Source: Octopus sinensis
Taxonomy: Eukaryota
Direction: 5' to 3'
NCBI RefSeq assembly: GCF_006345805.1
Contig: NW_021832436.1
Location: forward strand, 1 to 64,000
Length of the DNA stretch: 64,000 bases
Shown piece by piece: positions 38,161 to 52,390 of this stretch. A program made the translations under genes and the position numbers. Position 1 is the first letter of the stretch, and every line of letters begins with the position of its first letter. The notes beneath the pieces were generated by a model that saw nothing but the letters and a program-made list of their open reading frames with translations, ran no database searches and was not told where the DNA came from.

Positions 38161-38880
38161 TTGTTGTTGTTGTTGCATAACCCCGGTCTCACATTAGGGT
38201 ATGAGACCGGCGGCTAGCAGAAACAACAGCGCCTTCGCGGGTTGCTCCCAAAGGACCTCGGGGGAGTGGACAGCAAATTTCCTGCGGACAGGGAGGAGAA
38301 CAGGGCAGCGGAAAAGGTGATCAGTTGAGTGATCTTCGGCACAGCAGAGGTTGCATACCGGGGAGATCACGACGTTCAATGAGTGAGCGTAGGAGTTTAG
38401 TGAGTGGTGGTGGCCCGAGCGGAAACGAGCAAGGTTGATCTGAGCGGAACGCTCCAGAAGCATTTCGGAGGGGTGAACTTCCGGAGGAAGTTTGTTGAGG
38501 ACAGAGTTAGGCTTCAGCCTTAGAATGGACGACGTTGAAATGAAGTCGTGGATTTTTTTCATTGGCTGTGAACATTGGTTTAGGCCATTGATTTTGGCAA
38601 GTACCCGGGAGTATAGTTTGGCAGGCGTGTTCTTCAATGCACGGCCGTTGTCATTTAGCGTGTTTAGGGCAGTGCAAGGGTGGTAGAGTTTTCGCGAAGC
38701 GAATAGGAATTGTGCTCCTCTCATGTTTAGATGTTCCTCTATCGGGAGGAGGTGAGATAGGTTGGGATGTATGTTTGATTGTCTTCTGTCGGAAGAGTAT
38801 TCTTTTCGCGTTATTACTAACTGACTCCCGAATTCATTTCTTGTGAGATAAACTCTTTCTTTGTTTTTCGGTTGCATGTG
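38161..38880 (-). mobile_element. LINE 3' end with a C-terminal zinc finger, stem-loop and (CAA)n tail
   Basis: LARFRSGH..LNSY..CNLC..H..HLFRCP; ggtctca-tacccta-atg-tgagacc hairpin; (ttg)5 at 38161-38175. Clade not assigned. Confidence 0.7.
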
Positions 38881-39959
38881 GATATGACTGTTTATTAGAA
38901 TTCGCCGTATATTCTTATCAATCTGTTCAAACTCTCAGGGCTCAATATCAATCAGTCCAATGTAATAGTTATAAAAGCAGATTGCGTGTTCGTTTATAGC
39001 CTTGAACGTGTTTTTTTAATTCAGTTTTGGTCAAGTTTTTGAACCTCATGGATGCTTCTTTATTAATTATCTCCATAACTTTATTTTTTAAAACGTTGCT
39101 ATTTTTATTTTTGAAGACCCCCAGATATCGGTATCCATTCAGCTTATTGAGTAAGCAAGCAAAGACGTAACATTCGACGCAGATTTTTTAACGTTTCTTT
39201 CTAACCCAGCTACGCAAAAAAACGATTCAACACATTTGATATTTATACCAACCATGATAGATTCTATTTCAAGTATCTTGTGACGTTTACAACCTCTTCT
39301 CTTAATCGGGCCCCCTTTATCTTTTTTTTAATTAGCCCTTGGGATCCTTTTTTTCTAAAAAAAAGATTCTTTTACTATCGAGTCAGAGTTTTTTTTAGAA
39401 TAAGAAACTTAAGGAATCCGTTTGACAAGCTAAAATTTTTTTAAAAAACACTATTAAAAACAAAGCTAAATGCTAGTTAGGATAAGTGACTAAAAGGTAG
39501 TCGAGAGCCTAAGAATCAGCTTAACGACGTCACACTGGGAATTGAATAGCAGGTTCTGTGGAGCACGAAGCTCATCTTCCTCCGATCGTTTTTATTCAAG
39601 ATTTTCCAACCAATGATAGTAAAGATTTGACTCGCAGCCTTGCCGACGATTCCTGAGGTTTCAAAGGACATCCCGTAAGGACGACGACCTGTCGCTCTGG
39701 AAAAGGCCGACTCGCTCTAGAGTGGAAGAGAATCCAGCCGACTCTAGAGCCTTTCTGACAACTTAATTGAGTTGACTGTGGCAAGAAATTCTATCAGCAT
39801 TTTTCTAACATAATGCGTGCAAACCGTTCGACGAAATTGTGGACCTTCACTGGGAAGGGTGGGGCTGGCAGATATCTAAGCCCAAGCGTAAGCAGATACT
39901 AATCCGTATGGATTTAACGTCAAGTAGTGTCACCGGTTTTTGAGTGGACCCGACATCTC

Positions 39960-42640
39960 CTTGGACCGCCTTAAAAATCGACTAAATTGCTTTATTTATA
40001 TCTAAAATTATAAAATAGTTGAAATTTAACCCTAATATTGATTATCAATGAGACTAAGCTGAAGGAAGCTACGAGGGTGGAATTCGAAAGCTATAAGTCT
40101 ATTAATATACCATGGAAAATAAACTCAGTGGCGGGAACAGGAACCTCAGTTTACTACAGGGCGAACATTAAGGTAAGAAACATCAGAATTGTGGAGGAGT
40201 CACTCTGTGAATTTATTGTGCTCGAGTTGCACACGACTGCTGGCTAACCGTCGGGGGAATGTACTCAAAGTCGCTAAGGCGCTATTCAAACGTTATTGGG
40301 ACGTTCTTTGAGGAAATTTGCCTGTCAATCCTAGCAGGAGATCTTAATGCCAAAAATGTGAGTTATGGATGTGAAACTACGAATATGGATGGAACTGTCC
40401 TTGAGGACTTGGCCTGTAGCTTGGGTTTTTCGGTCTTCACATCGGAAGAACTGAATCATTATGCAGACAGAGGCAGGGCTGATCGCTTGGGTCTCTTTCT
40501 ATGCTCGGCATCAATTAGTCCTTTATGTTACATACCGAGGTTGGAAGCGGACATTGGCTCTGACCACGTGCCGCAAACGATGTTGGTAAAGATGACTATG
40601 AATGTTACGGAGGACTTGTTCATTGGTTACAACTTTGTGAATATGAACTGGAGTTTATTCGAATCATATATGCGGGATTCTCTTCGAAATGTCATGTCCC
40701 AGCCTCTTAGAAGCAGAGATGATATTGACAATCTCGATGATCACCTTAGATCGTCAATCATAAAATTCCTGGATGTTTATGCATTAAAAAATGTATGGAA
40801 ACCCAAAGGAACGCAAAAGCGGATGAATTCGAAACTTGTCACTCTGATCAGAACGAAAGGTACCCTGGAAAATCGCAGGAGAAGATGTCGGGTTGAGTCA
40901 ATCAAATGCCGCCTGAAATTGAGATCGACAAGATAAAATCTACTATTGCAAAAATGGCCAAGACTGAGGTCGAAAGTAAATGGAGGTCTGAATGCAGAAA
41001 ACTGGATAAGCGAAACTCTAATTTCTGGAAAGCGTATCAACGCCTTACCAGAAATGATGCCAAAGGATTTGAAATTTCATTAAAAGAACCAGACGGGAAA
41101 TATATCTCCTCTGATCGTATCCCGGAAGTACTCAGGAACCAACTCAGTCAGGTTCAAGAGGTCGAATCTACCGTTCCACGAGGGACTTATGACCGAATTG
41201 TGAAGAAGCTTGGCTTTTCGCAATTATCGGAGGGACCATTATGTGGGGCGATAACACAGGAAGAGGTTGAAGGGGCAATTGCTGGGTTGAAGAACAAGGC
41301 GCCTGGCTTTGACTACATCCCTCAGAAGTTGTTAAAGAAGGCTCCTGAAATCTTGATACGAGCATTGACTATGTTGTTTCACGCCAGCTGGACGTTCGGA
41401 CACCTTCCATCGGCGTGGAAGCATACGATTGTTCGAAAGATTCCAAAATCTGGTAAATCGACACTGCTGGCACAGAACTACCGGGCAATTAGCCTCATTT
41501 GTGCTTTCTCTAAGACAATGGAAAAGATTGTCTTTAACAGACTCTCTGGTCATATATAATCACAAAATTTGCTTTTACCCGAACAATGGGGATTTCGTGA
41601 AGGAAGATCCACAGGGGACTGCTTCGGGGAGTTAGAGCACCAATTATCCCGTGCTGACAGAAATGAAGCATGACTAACTGTGGTGTGTCTAGACCTGGCC
41701 AAAGCCTTCATCAATAGCGTGTGGCATCTGGGCCTACTCTCCAGAGTCCATGACATCGGAGCCGGGATAAAGACCTATCGATGGCTGGAGAGCTTCTTGT
41801 CAGGAAGACAATCATTTATCCGCTGTAGAAACCGCCTATCGGGGGGTGTGGAACTTAGAAGGGGAGTCCCGCAGGGATCTATCTTGAGTCCACTTCTGTT
41901 CAACCTCTTCTTGGCGCACATTCCTCTCCCGTCGACACGTACTGGCAAGCTCGTCATCTATGCTGACGATATCCTGGTCATGGATACCTCGAAAAGGATA
42001 TCGCAGTCTTGGAGACGACTGAAATCATACATTGCAACGCTAAAGATGTGGACTATAGAGAAGGGTTTGACCCTAGCACCGGAGAAGAGCACCATTTCAT
42101 GGTTGCGGAGAGGGACTCGCTGTGCGGAGTCGTGTGCATATGCGATGAGTAGTTATGTGATGGATCTCTCGAAAAGCAAAAATCTTAATTACCTGGGAGC
42201 AACCATCAACTGTCGTGGCTCGTACGCAGATCATATAGCAAATCAGAGAAAGAGGAGTGTGAGGATCCTCAAAAGCTTAACCAGGTTCCATCTGGATCCG
42301 GAAACGTACATCTACGTATACAAAACGTGTGTGCAGCCAGTCCTCACATATGGCTACGAGGGCTGGTACGGTACGGAGGAGAGTGACTACCTGATCAAAC
42401 AGTTGGAAAAGACAAGACGTTTCGCTATGAAATTGGCTTACGGAGTACAACTTGACGGAAGGTTAAAAGACTCACAAGAATCCTCTGTGCCCACGATCCG
42501 GATGGTCTTGGAGAATCGTTGTCAACTATGACTACAAATTGGGGATACGCATGGAAAGAGACACTTCGGTGCCTTGTTTTTCTCCCCGTTGATGATTTCT
42601 TCCTTGTTTTTCTTTTTCTTTTCGGTCAATAAACACTATT
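39960..42640 (+). mobile_element. Jockey/I-like LINE ORF2 (APE + RT), frameshifted
   Basis: INETKL, AGDLNAK, SDH; KAPGFDYIP, YRAISL, EQWGFREGRS, LDLAKAF, GVPQGSILSP, YADD, YLG. Confidence 0.88.
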
Positions 42641-43433
42641 CTATTCCAAAATGCTGATAGATTCAAATTTACTGAAATTTATTTCTTATTGATTATTAAC
42701 GTCGTTGAATTTAAATATTTAATTGATATTTGGTTTACCAGTCGAAAATAATTAAAACTATTAATATTTTTTAATAAAAATTAAATAAAAAACACAAAAA
42801 GTATTATTCAGTGATTAAAATACATTTTTATTTTTATCAGTGATAAATGATAAAATCTTGACTTTATCTAAAAAACTTTGAACAAAATTTGCGTATAGTA
42901 TTTAAGCGAAAACTTTGTCTCAGCCTCTTTGGACTGAAGGAATCGCTGGGAAATCAAGGCCAGGTGACCACCAAACACAGAAAGCAGAGGAGTATTCCGA
43001 GACCTTGTTAAGTTAGAGAGAGAAATAGAACTGAGCAAACGGAATTCCTAGAACCCGACGTGGAAGAAAGATAGCAGGCAGAGCCAGGTATCCCAATTCT
43101 CCCGAAACGTGTAGGTAGGCTGAAAAAAGTAAAACCGTCACCAGTTATTCTCGAATTAAGATAGAATGTTATGGATTCATGGATTTAAGATTCTCGATTC
43201 TGGATAATGAATCAACAACAAGAAAACACGGAGACACGGAGAAGACCGAAGTTCATAGGCCCTAATTATAAGATTTTTGTTGATTGCATCCTTAGACTTT
43301 TTTATTTGCGCAGGCATACAATGAAAAAATCAAATATTTTTTAAGACATATAGGTTTTTTCTTAGTCATGTTTGCAATCTTGACATTTTTGAATTTTGCT
43401 TAGTTTTTTTTGCTAATCATACAAGCTAGAACA

Positions 43434-44030
43434 CAGGGGTGTCAAACTCATTTCGCTTTGAAAGCGGCATTTATAATAATTTTGCATCAAAAAAAATTAT
43501 TTATTTTAATGAAAAACCAAAAATAAAGAAATCTAAATATGCAATCAACATTTTTAATCGTGCTCAGAGCTACTTCCGGATGATTGACATCTTTTTTCCG
43601 ATGCAATTTTTATTGTCAGGCTCAATTATTTGTGTAGTCCCGATTTTTATTAAAGCCAATAAATTTTCATCTGTTAGTCGTGTTCTATGAACAGTTTTTG
43701 TTAATTTCAGAAACAAAAAAGTTGTTCACACTCATATGTCGAAACAAACATAGCAATTATTTTGGTAGCAAATTTTCTAAAGCTTTTAAACTTTTCAGGA
43801 AGAAGTGTAAAGAAAGCAGGTATTCCAACCTCAAAATATTTCTAGTTATTCCAACCTCCCCCAATGATCGTATGATTGAAATTGTAATACCTTTTTAAAT
43901 TGTATTCTTTCGGTATAGTGATTAATTGGTTACATATCAAACATATATTTTTGCATCAATCATTTTACAAAAATAGACAAGTTCCCATTTTTTGAAACAC
44001 TCTTTTATTATTTTTCAAACACCGTTTTTT
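43434..44030. mobile_element. hAT remnant (one terminus seen)
   Basis: Left end caggggtgtcaaac; YSNLKIFLVIPTS resembles a hAT dimerisation domain. No matching right TIR was found. Confidence 0.4.
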
Positions 44031-44079
44031 AGTTCTAGAAGAAATAGAAAGAGAAAAATATGGTTTTATTACCACTAAC

Positions 44080-44314
44080 AAAGAAAAATATCCAACGAAT
44101 TAGCGCTTGGAAGACTTGAAAACGAGAAATCACAAAGGTCTTAATTGCAGAAGTGATTCTGTTTATATCCTCCAGAACGACCTCTGTGGGTCTACCAATC
44201 GTCACGCCATTCAAGTACAAGAAGTTAACATTTGACGACAGTTTTCGTGCAATATGATCAACAGAGGGCAAACAGCAATGAGCCCAGTGGGGCACCCTGC
44301 TAGATACCGTATTG
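44080..44314 (-). pseudogene. CRE RT remnant (downstream part), split by two hAT insertions; upstream part at 48808-48900
   Basis: Removing both hATs restores KIIMSQYGI*QGAPLGSLLFAL. Confidence 0.75.
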
Positions 44315-46495
44315 CGGAGGTTTCCAAATGGGGAGGCGCGCCTCCCTAGGGAGGCGTTGACTCGTGTCAAGGGAGGCGCGAAAAGTATTTCAGAAACATT
44401 TTTTAGAAAATTATATCTATGTAAAAAACGTGACTATATTCCGATAATAAGAGTTATTAATTTAAAAATTATATTTTTTCAAAAATTTATTTAATTTATT
44501 AGACAATTAAATAATTTTAACACATGAATAAATTCTTGAGTGGTTGCAAAAGAAAATTCACGAATAATAAAGATTTTGACGATGGTTCAAAAAATCAAAA
44601 TGATTGGAATATAATCAATATCACTCCAAAGACAAGAAAATACTTTCCATCTTACTTATTGTTAGGATTCACACGTATCTTTGTTGATTCTATGGAAAAA
44701 CCCCTCTGTTTGCTTTGCCTCAAAACACTTGCAGCAGATAGTATGAGGCCATGCAAATTAAGAAGACATTTTGAAACGATGCATTCTGAACATGTCCATA
44801 AGTCTGAAGAATTTTTTAAAAGAAAATTAGAAGAGTTTGATAACCAAACGAAATCGTTAAAAAAACTTGTTTCTGTCTCTTCAAATGCTTTACTAGCATC
44901 GTTCAAAGTTTCTTACAGGATTGCAAAATGCAAGAAACCGCACAATATCGGAGAAACTCTAGTTTTGCCAGCAGCTATCGATATGGTTGAAGCAATGTTT
45001 GGCGAATCCTATGCAAAACAATTACAGCAAATACCGCTTGCTGATAACACAGTCGCTAGAAGAATTGATGACATATCTGAAGATCTTTGTGATCAGTTGG
45101 TTTCTCGACTACGTAACTGTAAATTTGCTATACAAGTTGATGAGGGAGCTGACATAAATAAAAATGCACATTTAATTGCATATGTCAGATATGCTGAAGA
45201 AAGTACAATAATAGAAGATCTATTATTCTGCAAACCATTTCCTGGAAGGAGCACGGCCAATGAAATTTTTAATATAATTGATACTTTTTTTGAAGAAAAT
45301 AACATAGAATGGATCAATTGTGTTGGACTTTGTACAGACGGAGCACAGTCAATGTCAGGAAATAAATCTGGTCTTCAAGCTCTTGTAAAAAACAGAGCAC
45401 CAGAAATTATCTGGACGCACTGCATGCTGCACAGATCAGCACTTGTCTCAAAGAATATGAGTCCAGAACTGAACGATATTTTTGCGCAAATTACAAAAGT
45501 TATAAACTACATAAAACACAGTCCTTTAAGAGCTAAGCTTTTTGCAAAGCTGTGTGAAGATATGGATTCAAAATATACATCGCTTTTATACTATTGTGAG
45601 GTGCGCTGGCTATCTCGTGCAAAAGTGATTCGAAGGGTGTTTGAACTCAAAGATCAAGTTGCAGATTTTCTTGATGAAGATGCAAAGTTGTTCAGGGATG
45701 ATGACTTTATTGTCAAATTTGCCTATTTGGTTGACATTTTTGGGAAATTGAGTAAATTGAATAAATCAATGCAGGGACCATAACTACATTTATTCGCTCA
45801 AAAGGACAAAATAAAAGCATTTATGTAAAAATTGGTATTATGGAAATCAAATATACATAAAATATATTTGACATGTTTCCACTTTTAAATACCTTCTGCG
45901 CCATAGTGAACATTGAAGCAAAAACATATTTGCTGAACATTTGGATTGTTTGTTAAAGCATTTTGCTCATTATTTTAAAGATCTCGACTGTAAAACGTTC
46001 GAATGGATACATAATCCATTTATTGATGAAGAAGATAATGAATTTGCATTGACAACTTTTGAAAAAGAAAAATTGATAGAATTGTCATGTGATACATTAT
46101 TGAAACAAAAATTTGAGAGAGAACCGCTAATTTCTTTTTGGTTGAATGTAAGAACGGAATATGAAATTTTGTCGAATAAAGCAATGAAAGTTTTGTTGCC
46201 ATTTGCTACTTCATATTTATGCGAAACTGGATTTTCTGCACTAGCTGCAATTAAATCTAAATATCGAACTCGTTTAGTAGTGACTAATGAGCTAAGAGTA
46301 GCACTCTCTGCGATGACACCAAGATTTGAAAAACTTTGCGCCAAGATGGAAAAAAAATTATCTCATTAACTTTTTGTTTTAAAAAATTGTTTTTGATAAA
46401 ATAATAATTGTATTATATTATGGAATATAAAGGGAGGCGCAAGATTGTACTTTTTCTCTAAGGGAGGCGCGTAAAAAAAAGCTTGGAAACCTCTG
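44315..46495 (+). mobile_element. hAT (Buster/SPIN-like) element, transposase with stops and a frameshift
   Basis: TIR c(g/a)gaggtttccaa; 8-bp TSD CCGTATTG; BED finger, KPHNIGETL, FAIQVDE, CTDGA, HCMLHR, EVRWLSR, PFATSYLCETGFS. Confidence 0.93.
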
Positions 46496-46507
46496 CCGTA
46501 TTGGGAC

Positions 46508-48807
46508 CAGTGTTCCCTCTAAGCGAGTGGTAGCTATGCGCGCTGGGCACATTGCATTGTGCAGCGTTATAAGTGACGTGTGCAAAAAATTTTTGGGGGG
46601 GGGAAAATTTTACAATTAAAAAACCAATGGTAAAAAAAATAGGTCTAGTCAATTGGATATTCTCTTCTGTTTTTATTTTGTATCCAAAATTGTATACTCG
46701 ATCAAGATCCACTGTATTCCCACTTGTTAAATAGAACTTGATTCGCATGATCATCTCCAAATGGTCAATCTCATGTCTATTACGTAGTTTAGTTTTGATA
46801 CAGTTCATCAAACTAAATCCACGTTCAGCATCAGCACTCGACGCTTGAAATGTGCCACAAATATCCACAAATGTTGCAGTGGCTGAAAATTTTTTCTCCG
46901 CTAGTATATAGTAAATTACATCTTCAAATGTTTTCAAAGCACCAGAGTGCAGTTTTTCTTTTAAAATAAACTTGAGATCTGTATATTCCGACTGCAGTTT
47001 TATGAGTGGGACTTCTGAAGAGAGTAAATTTTCATATTTTTTCGCTAATTTAATTATCTCCTCTTTTCCAAATTCAAAGTTTGTCTGATTTTGAATTGCT
47101 TGAGTGTCAAATGCTACCCATTCTCTTAATTCGTCAGCTGGAAATCTTTCTTGTAAATGCAGATAAACATGCTCGATAAGGCATAGGATTTCATCTGTAT
47201 TTGTATCTCCATAACCAGTTGTTGATAACAACATCTTCACACTGTCACTCCAGTAAATTTCATTTCCATCCAAATATTGAGATTTCAGCTTCGAAATTTT
47301 TGCTCTGGCAAACTGTACAGCTTCTATGGTCGATATACAGCTTCTTTGGAAAACTGTGCACAAATCTGCTAATTCAGCCAAAATTTCATTTAAGACAGTT
47401 AAAGCAACATGAATAAGAGGATTTTGAAGTTGTTTTAAGCAATATTTTGCAATCGGATCATTATCATCTTCAACCTGTTTCTTGAAATATTCAATTAAAA
47501 TTGTGTAGTTTTTTATCAAAGTTTTAACAGCAAAATGCCGAGACATCCATCTCACTTCATTTAGTGGCTTAAATGAAACGACATCTTCAACAACAACATT
47601 AGCCAGGTCCTGAAATGCAGCTTTTTTTATACTTGATCGACTGAAAACAGTATAAACAGTCCGGAGTAATATTTCAATATTTTTCACAAGATTATTTTTT
47701 TTCCATGCATCATCGATCCCTAGATCTTGTCTGTGAACGACGCAATGTTGTTCAGTAAGATGAGGAACCTCAGCACGGATCAGTGATGCCACACCATTTC
47801 TTCTCCCTAGCATAACGGATGCCCCATCTGATGTAAACATTACCATCTTTTGAAAATCAAGATTGTTTGTCATGTAGAATTTCTTGATTGCAATGAAAAT
47901 AGATTTACTGTCACAACTTGTAAGTTTCATTATGCTAGCAAAAACTGTTTTGTGATAATTTGTCCCCGTAGGACGATATTTAATATATATAATAAGCATT
48001 TTGGTTACGGATATATCTGTGCTTTCGTCCACAATGAGTGTATGGAACCGAGACTCTCTAATTTCCTGCATACATATCTCTTTGACCACGTAGTCGATGC
48101 ATTCAACAAACTCAAATGCATAATTTTTACTTCGCCAGCTATCAGGAAGTTCTACATATTTTGCCATATGATCATGTATATTCATAACAGAAAGTAATGA
48201 AGCATTCATGGAGAGAGCCAAAATAACATTGTCAATGAGAATTTTCACTTTTTCAATTTTACTTCGTGCACGATCACTCATTTTGAATCTCATCTGTCGG
48301 TCATCCTTAGACTCTGTGAGCAAGCAGCTGATTCCAGTTCCTGCTCGAATTCTTAATTTTATTATTGAATCTGAATGAATTTTATGGGTAATATGTCTCT
48401 TCAGATAATCCAATTTCCATATATCCCAGATTTTTCCACTCGCAAAATCACAAGTCGCTTTAGCGTCGCCACATATTTTACAAACAACTCCGCAGTCTTC
48501 GGAAAAACTAAAAATATCACCCAGTTGCACATGTTGGGGAATTTTTGAATCTGGTATTAAGGTTTCGACGTACTCTATCAACCATTCCGGCTTAAAAGAA
48601 GGAGAATTTTTCTTAAGTCTCATATCAATATTATAGACACGTTTTCGTTTTGAAATGAAAATAAGAATATATAAATTCATATAAAAAATTAAAAAAAATA
48701 GCAATTTTTAATATTATACTTTCTACTGCGCAGAAAAAAATTTCGCTGCGCAGCAAGGTGCAAACTGCTGCGCGGCCGCGCACGCGCGCAGCTTAGAGGG
48801 AACACTG
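46508..48807 (-). mobile_element. hAT element with a ZNF862-like transposase, near intact
   Basis: Perfect 17-bp TIR cagtgttccctctaagc; TSD ATTGGGAC; LIVDESTD, FTSDGASVMLG, HCVVHR, EVRW, SSADAERGFS. Probable ATG at 48623. Confidence 0.93.
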
Positions 48808-49129
48808 ATTGGGACATGATAATTTTGTCATTAATTAAAAGGAAGATTAGGGATGAGTACGCAATAGCACCAGGAATAAAATATTTTTTGAACGTCAATG
48901 CCCTGAAGTTTAAAAAATAAAACATCGAAAAATCTGGATCCTCAGATTTAACTTATTTCAGGCATTAATCAAAGCAAAAACCTGAAGTCTTTCAAAGCAA
49001 AAACCTGAGGTTTGTTTTGTACACATCTCAGTCCATCAAAAAGGTTATAATGCAAAATTGTATTTTCTTTAAAAAATCCTCCCTCATCGTGGAATTGTTT
49101 GAGGCTTGCCAAGAGATATCCAAAGCTAA

Positions 49130-49917
49130 TTAATATTCAATCAAATATTTTATAATAGTCAAATGAACATTTTACAGCCATATGAAATATTAAAACTACA
49201 AAAATAGGGAAAATAGCACATAGCAGACAACCAATCTGTGCTAAGAGTATCAAGAACTGTACTTTCTTTGTAGAAAAAATATTTCTAAAAATAAGGCACG
49301 AGAATACTACTGAACAAAATTTAAATTTGGCACTAAATTAAAAGTTGCTTCACTCAGTCCGTCAATCTTATCAACTGATACTGAAATGTTACGCACAGGT
49401 CTCAACTACATCTTTTGAGTATACAAAATTTACATTATTGCTATAAAAATTATTAGCTACAATAGCATTCAAAGTTTGGGTCTCATTCATCCAGCCAATG
49501 ACATAGAGAGGGAACAAAATTATAATTCTCATTCGATGGTAAACGTCCGATTCGAATAAAATAGTATTTGTTTTTTGGAAACGTGAAATTTGTACGTTTC
49601 TTGCATCTTTTAAAGTGACGGTCACTTCAAAATTCAGTGCAATCCTGGAAGAGGTCACCGGAACGTTGTAAAAAGTAAGACAGATTTTATAAGAAATTCC
49701 TGGAAGAATGGCATTTGATGGGATGCCAATAAAATCAACCAAATCGTTAGTTGATTGATCTCTAAGAAAAGTTACGTCAATAATACTTGTGTAGATATAA
49801 CGGTATGGTATATGGGGAAGGAGTCTGCACCCAGCAGGAGATGATAAATAACCCCGAAACACCGAAAACAAACCAGCAAATCATAAACAGTGTAAAAAAG
49901 ATACTAATTTTGTTCAT
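49130..49917 (-). CDS. BSCL2: Seipin (lipid-droplet biogenesis), with micro-introns
   Basis: N-terminal TM, lumenal LPGISYKICL..FEVTV..RIIILFPLYVIGWMNETQTL, C-terminal TM. 25-nt intron gtattattgacgtaacttttcttag. Confidence 0.7.
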
Positions 49918-50059
49918 CTACCCAATAAACAAGATTTTTTTTATTTGAATTTTTTTAATTAAAAAACAAAATAATAAATCAAATAAAAACAATAGTGTTT
50001 TTAAAGATAATTTACTTACAATAAAAAAACAACTTAAATATACTAGATAATACAAAAAC

Positions 50060-50900
50060 CTAATTGCCCTAGGTTCCATATTTCCTTCTTTTCATTATCT
50101 CCAAACGCCTCAGGGAGACTCATTATCTCCATTGCTATTCGTAATATACTTGGAGTTGGCCTTACGAGATCTAAGACAATATTACACAGGTGGAACCGAG
50201 GAAACAATTTATACCGATGACGTGGAATTAATATCCAAAGAAAAATCCTCATTAATAGAACATTTTGAACTTGCACCGGAGCAATTAAGAAAATGCTTCC
50301 TTTATGTAAACAAAGTAAAAACTGACCTTGTGGAAGTAACAATATCAAATGACAAAGTCGATGAAAGATGGCGCCATGTACAAAAACTTGGCTCAGTGAA
50401 AATATTGCAAGGAGAAAAATGCTGGCATCTGCAGCAATGAAAAAACTGTGGAAGGAATGCTTATCATATGGATCAGCGAATGTTCAACTCCGGACAAGCC
50501 TTTACAATGCCTTTTTGAGACCCGTGTTAATGTATAACTCCTCCACTTGGGGTTGCACAGATACGGAACTGACACGTCTTAACAGTTTTCACAGAGGATA
50601 ATTGAGAAAACTGTTCAAAATGCAGTGGCCCTATAGAATATCTTGGAAGTCGTTATACAGAAAGTGTTCTACAAGGCCACTTTGCATTGACATTGCTGAA
50701 TCCCGCTGGAAGCTATTTGAACACATACTGAGAATGGATCACTCCGCACCTGCAAACACGGTGATGGAGGATTACTTCCAATACGACAAACCACGGTTCC
50801 GGGGACGCCTACGCACTACGTTACCTGTCGTTCTGAACGCGGACCTTGTCCAAATCAAATCCTGACTCAGGACAGGTGATGACTTGGATAGGCTGCGGCT
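50060..50900 (+). pseudogene. RTE-clade LINE RT C-terminal fragment
   Basis: IYTDDVELIS, WRHVQKLGS, LYNAFLRPVLMYNSSTWG, RWKLFEHILR, FRGRLRTTL. Confidence 0.8.
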
Positions 50901-50939
50901 TAGATAAACATTGGTAGTGATCACCTTCCTTAATCTTTA

Positions 50940-52390
50940 TGTATGCGAACATCATTTACGATATGCGAAGATCTTTTCATCGGATATGATACGTCTCAGA
51001 CAATCTGGTCTGACTTTGAGATATCAATGAAAATGCATTTGATATCGTATCCAATAGAAAACATCTCCTCAAATATACAAATTGAAAAACTTGATAAAAT
51101 TTTCAGAGAAGCTATACTGGATTTTCTCCAAAAATCTTCGATCAGAAAATACATCATGTCAAATAGTAACAGAAAAAACCAAATAGACGAATCTTTGAGA
51201 AAACTTATAAAATGGAAGGAAAACCTTGAAAAGAAGCTAAGACAATGCAGTGACCCCATATTCGTCTTCGGGATAAGATTCGTATCGTGAAAACAGAGAT
51301 AAATGATGTCGCAAAAAAACATTCAGACCTTGCTTAGAAGAGTCAATGCTCGAAACTGAATAAGAAAAACCTTCATTTTTGGAAGGTTTTCAACAGACTA
51401 AGTAATATGGAGAACAAAGGAAAAAAGATCCGACTAAAAACAACTGAAGGAATAGCTATCGCGCTCGATGAAGTTCCCTCACATTTGCGAAGACAACTGG
51501 CAAAAGTTCAAGAGGTGGATCCGATCGACATGGTTCCGAAAGAATTTATACGTGAGCAGAAACATAACGTTGGAAGAAACGTATGCCGCTATTATGAGCT
51601 GCAAGAACAATGCACCCGGCCATGACTACATTCCAATTACTGTATTCAAACATGCTCCAATTATTCTCCTACGATACTTGACCGCACTATACAATGCAAG
51701 CTGGAGATTTGGATACGTACCGGACTCTTGGAAAAATTCAATCGTTTGTATGATTCCAAATCCTGGAAAAATGAAGGACCATGCAGAGAACTATCGGCCA
51801 ATAAGTCTAATATGCTCCGTCTCTAAAATTATGAAACGGATTGTCTTCACAAGGCTTTCGAACTTCGTAGAGGAGTCAAGTGCACTTGCAGCGGAGCAGT
51901 GGGAATTCCGACGAAAAAGATCCCGGGGAGGTTGTTTCGGAGAACTCGAGAAAGTCATCTCGCTTAGCCTTGCAAACAATATAGCGACTATTGCTATCTG
52001 CCTCGATGTTTCAAAAGCTTTTGACAGCGTATGGCACTTGGGACTCTTGGAAAGTGTCGCCAGAATCAAACCCGGGTCTAGAACGGCCATGAGGAGGTCA
52101 TACATACGATGCGGAAACCGTTTGTCGGAATCTGTCGATCTCAAAAGAGGGGTACCTCAAGACTCGGCCTTGAGCCCTCTACTTTTTATTATTTACGTTG
52201 CTGATATTCAAAAACCGAAAGATCCTACCAGTCGTCTCATGATCTACGCGGACGACATATTAATAACGGATGCTTTGAGAAGAAAAGACATCTCGTGGAG
52301 GAAATTAAAAGGATACGTGACAAGAGTGGAAGAGTGGTGCATATCAAAAGGACTGACACTCGCAAAAAAGTGCACTGCCACTTCTAGGTA
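50940..52390 (+). pseudogene. Jockey/I-like LINE RT fragment related to 39960-42640
   Basis: NNAPGHDYIP, NYRPISL, LDVSKAFDSVWH, GVPQDSALSP, YADD. Confidence 0.85.
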
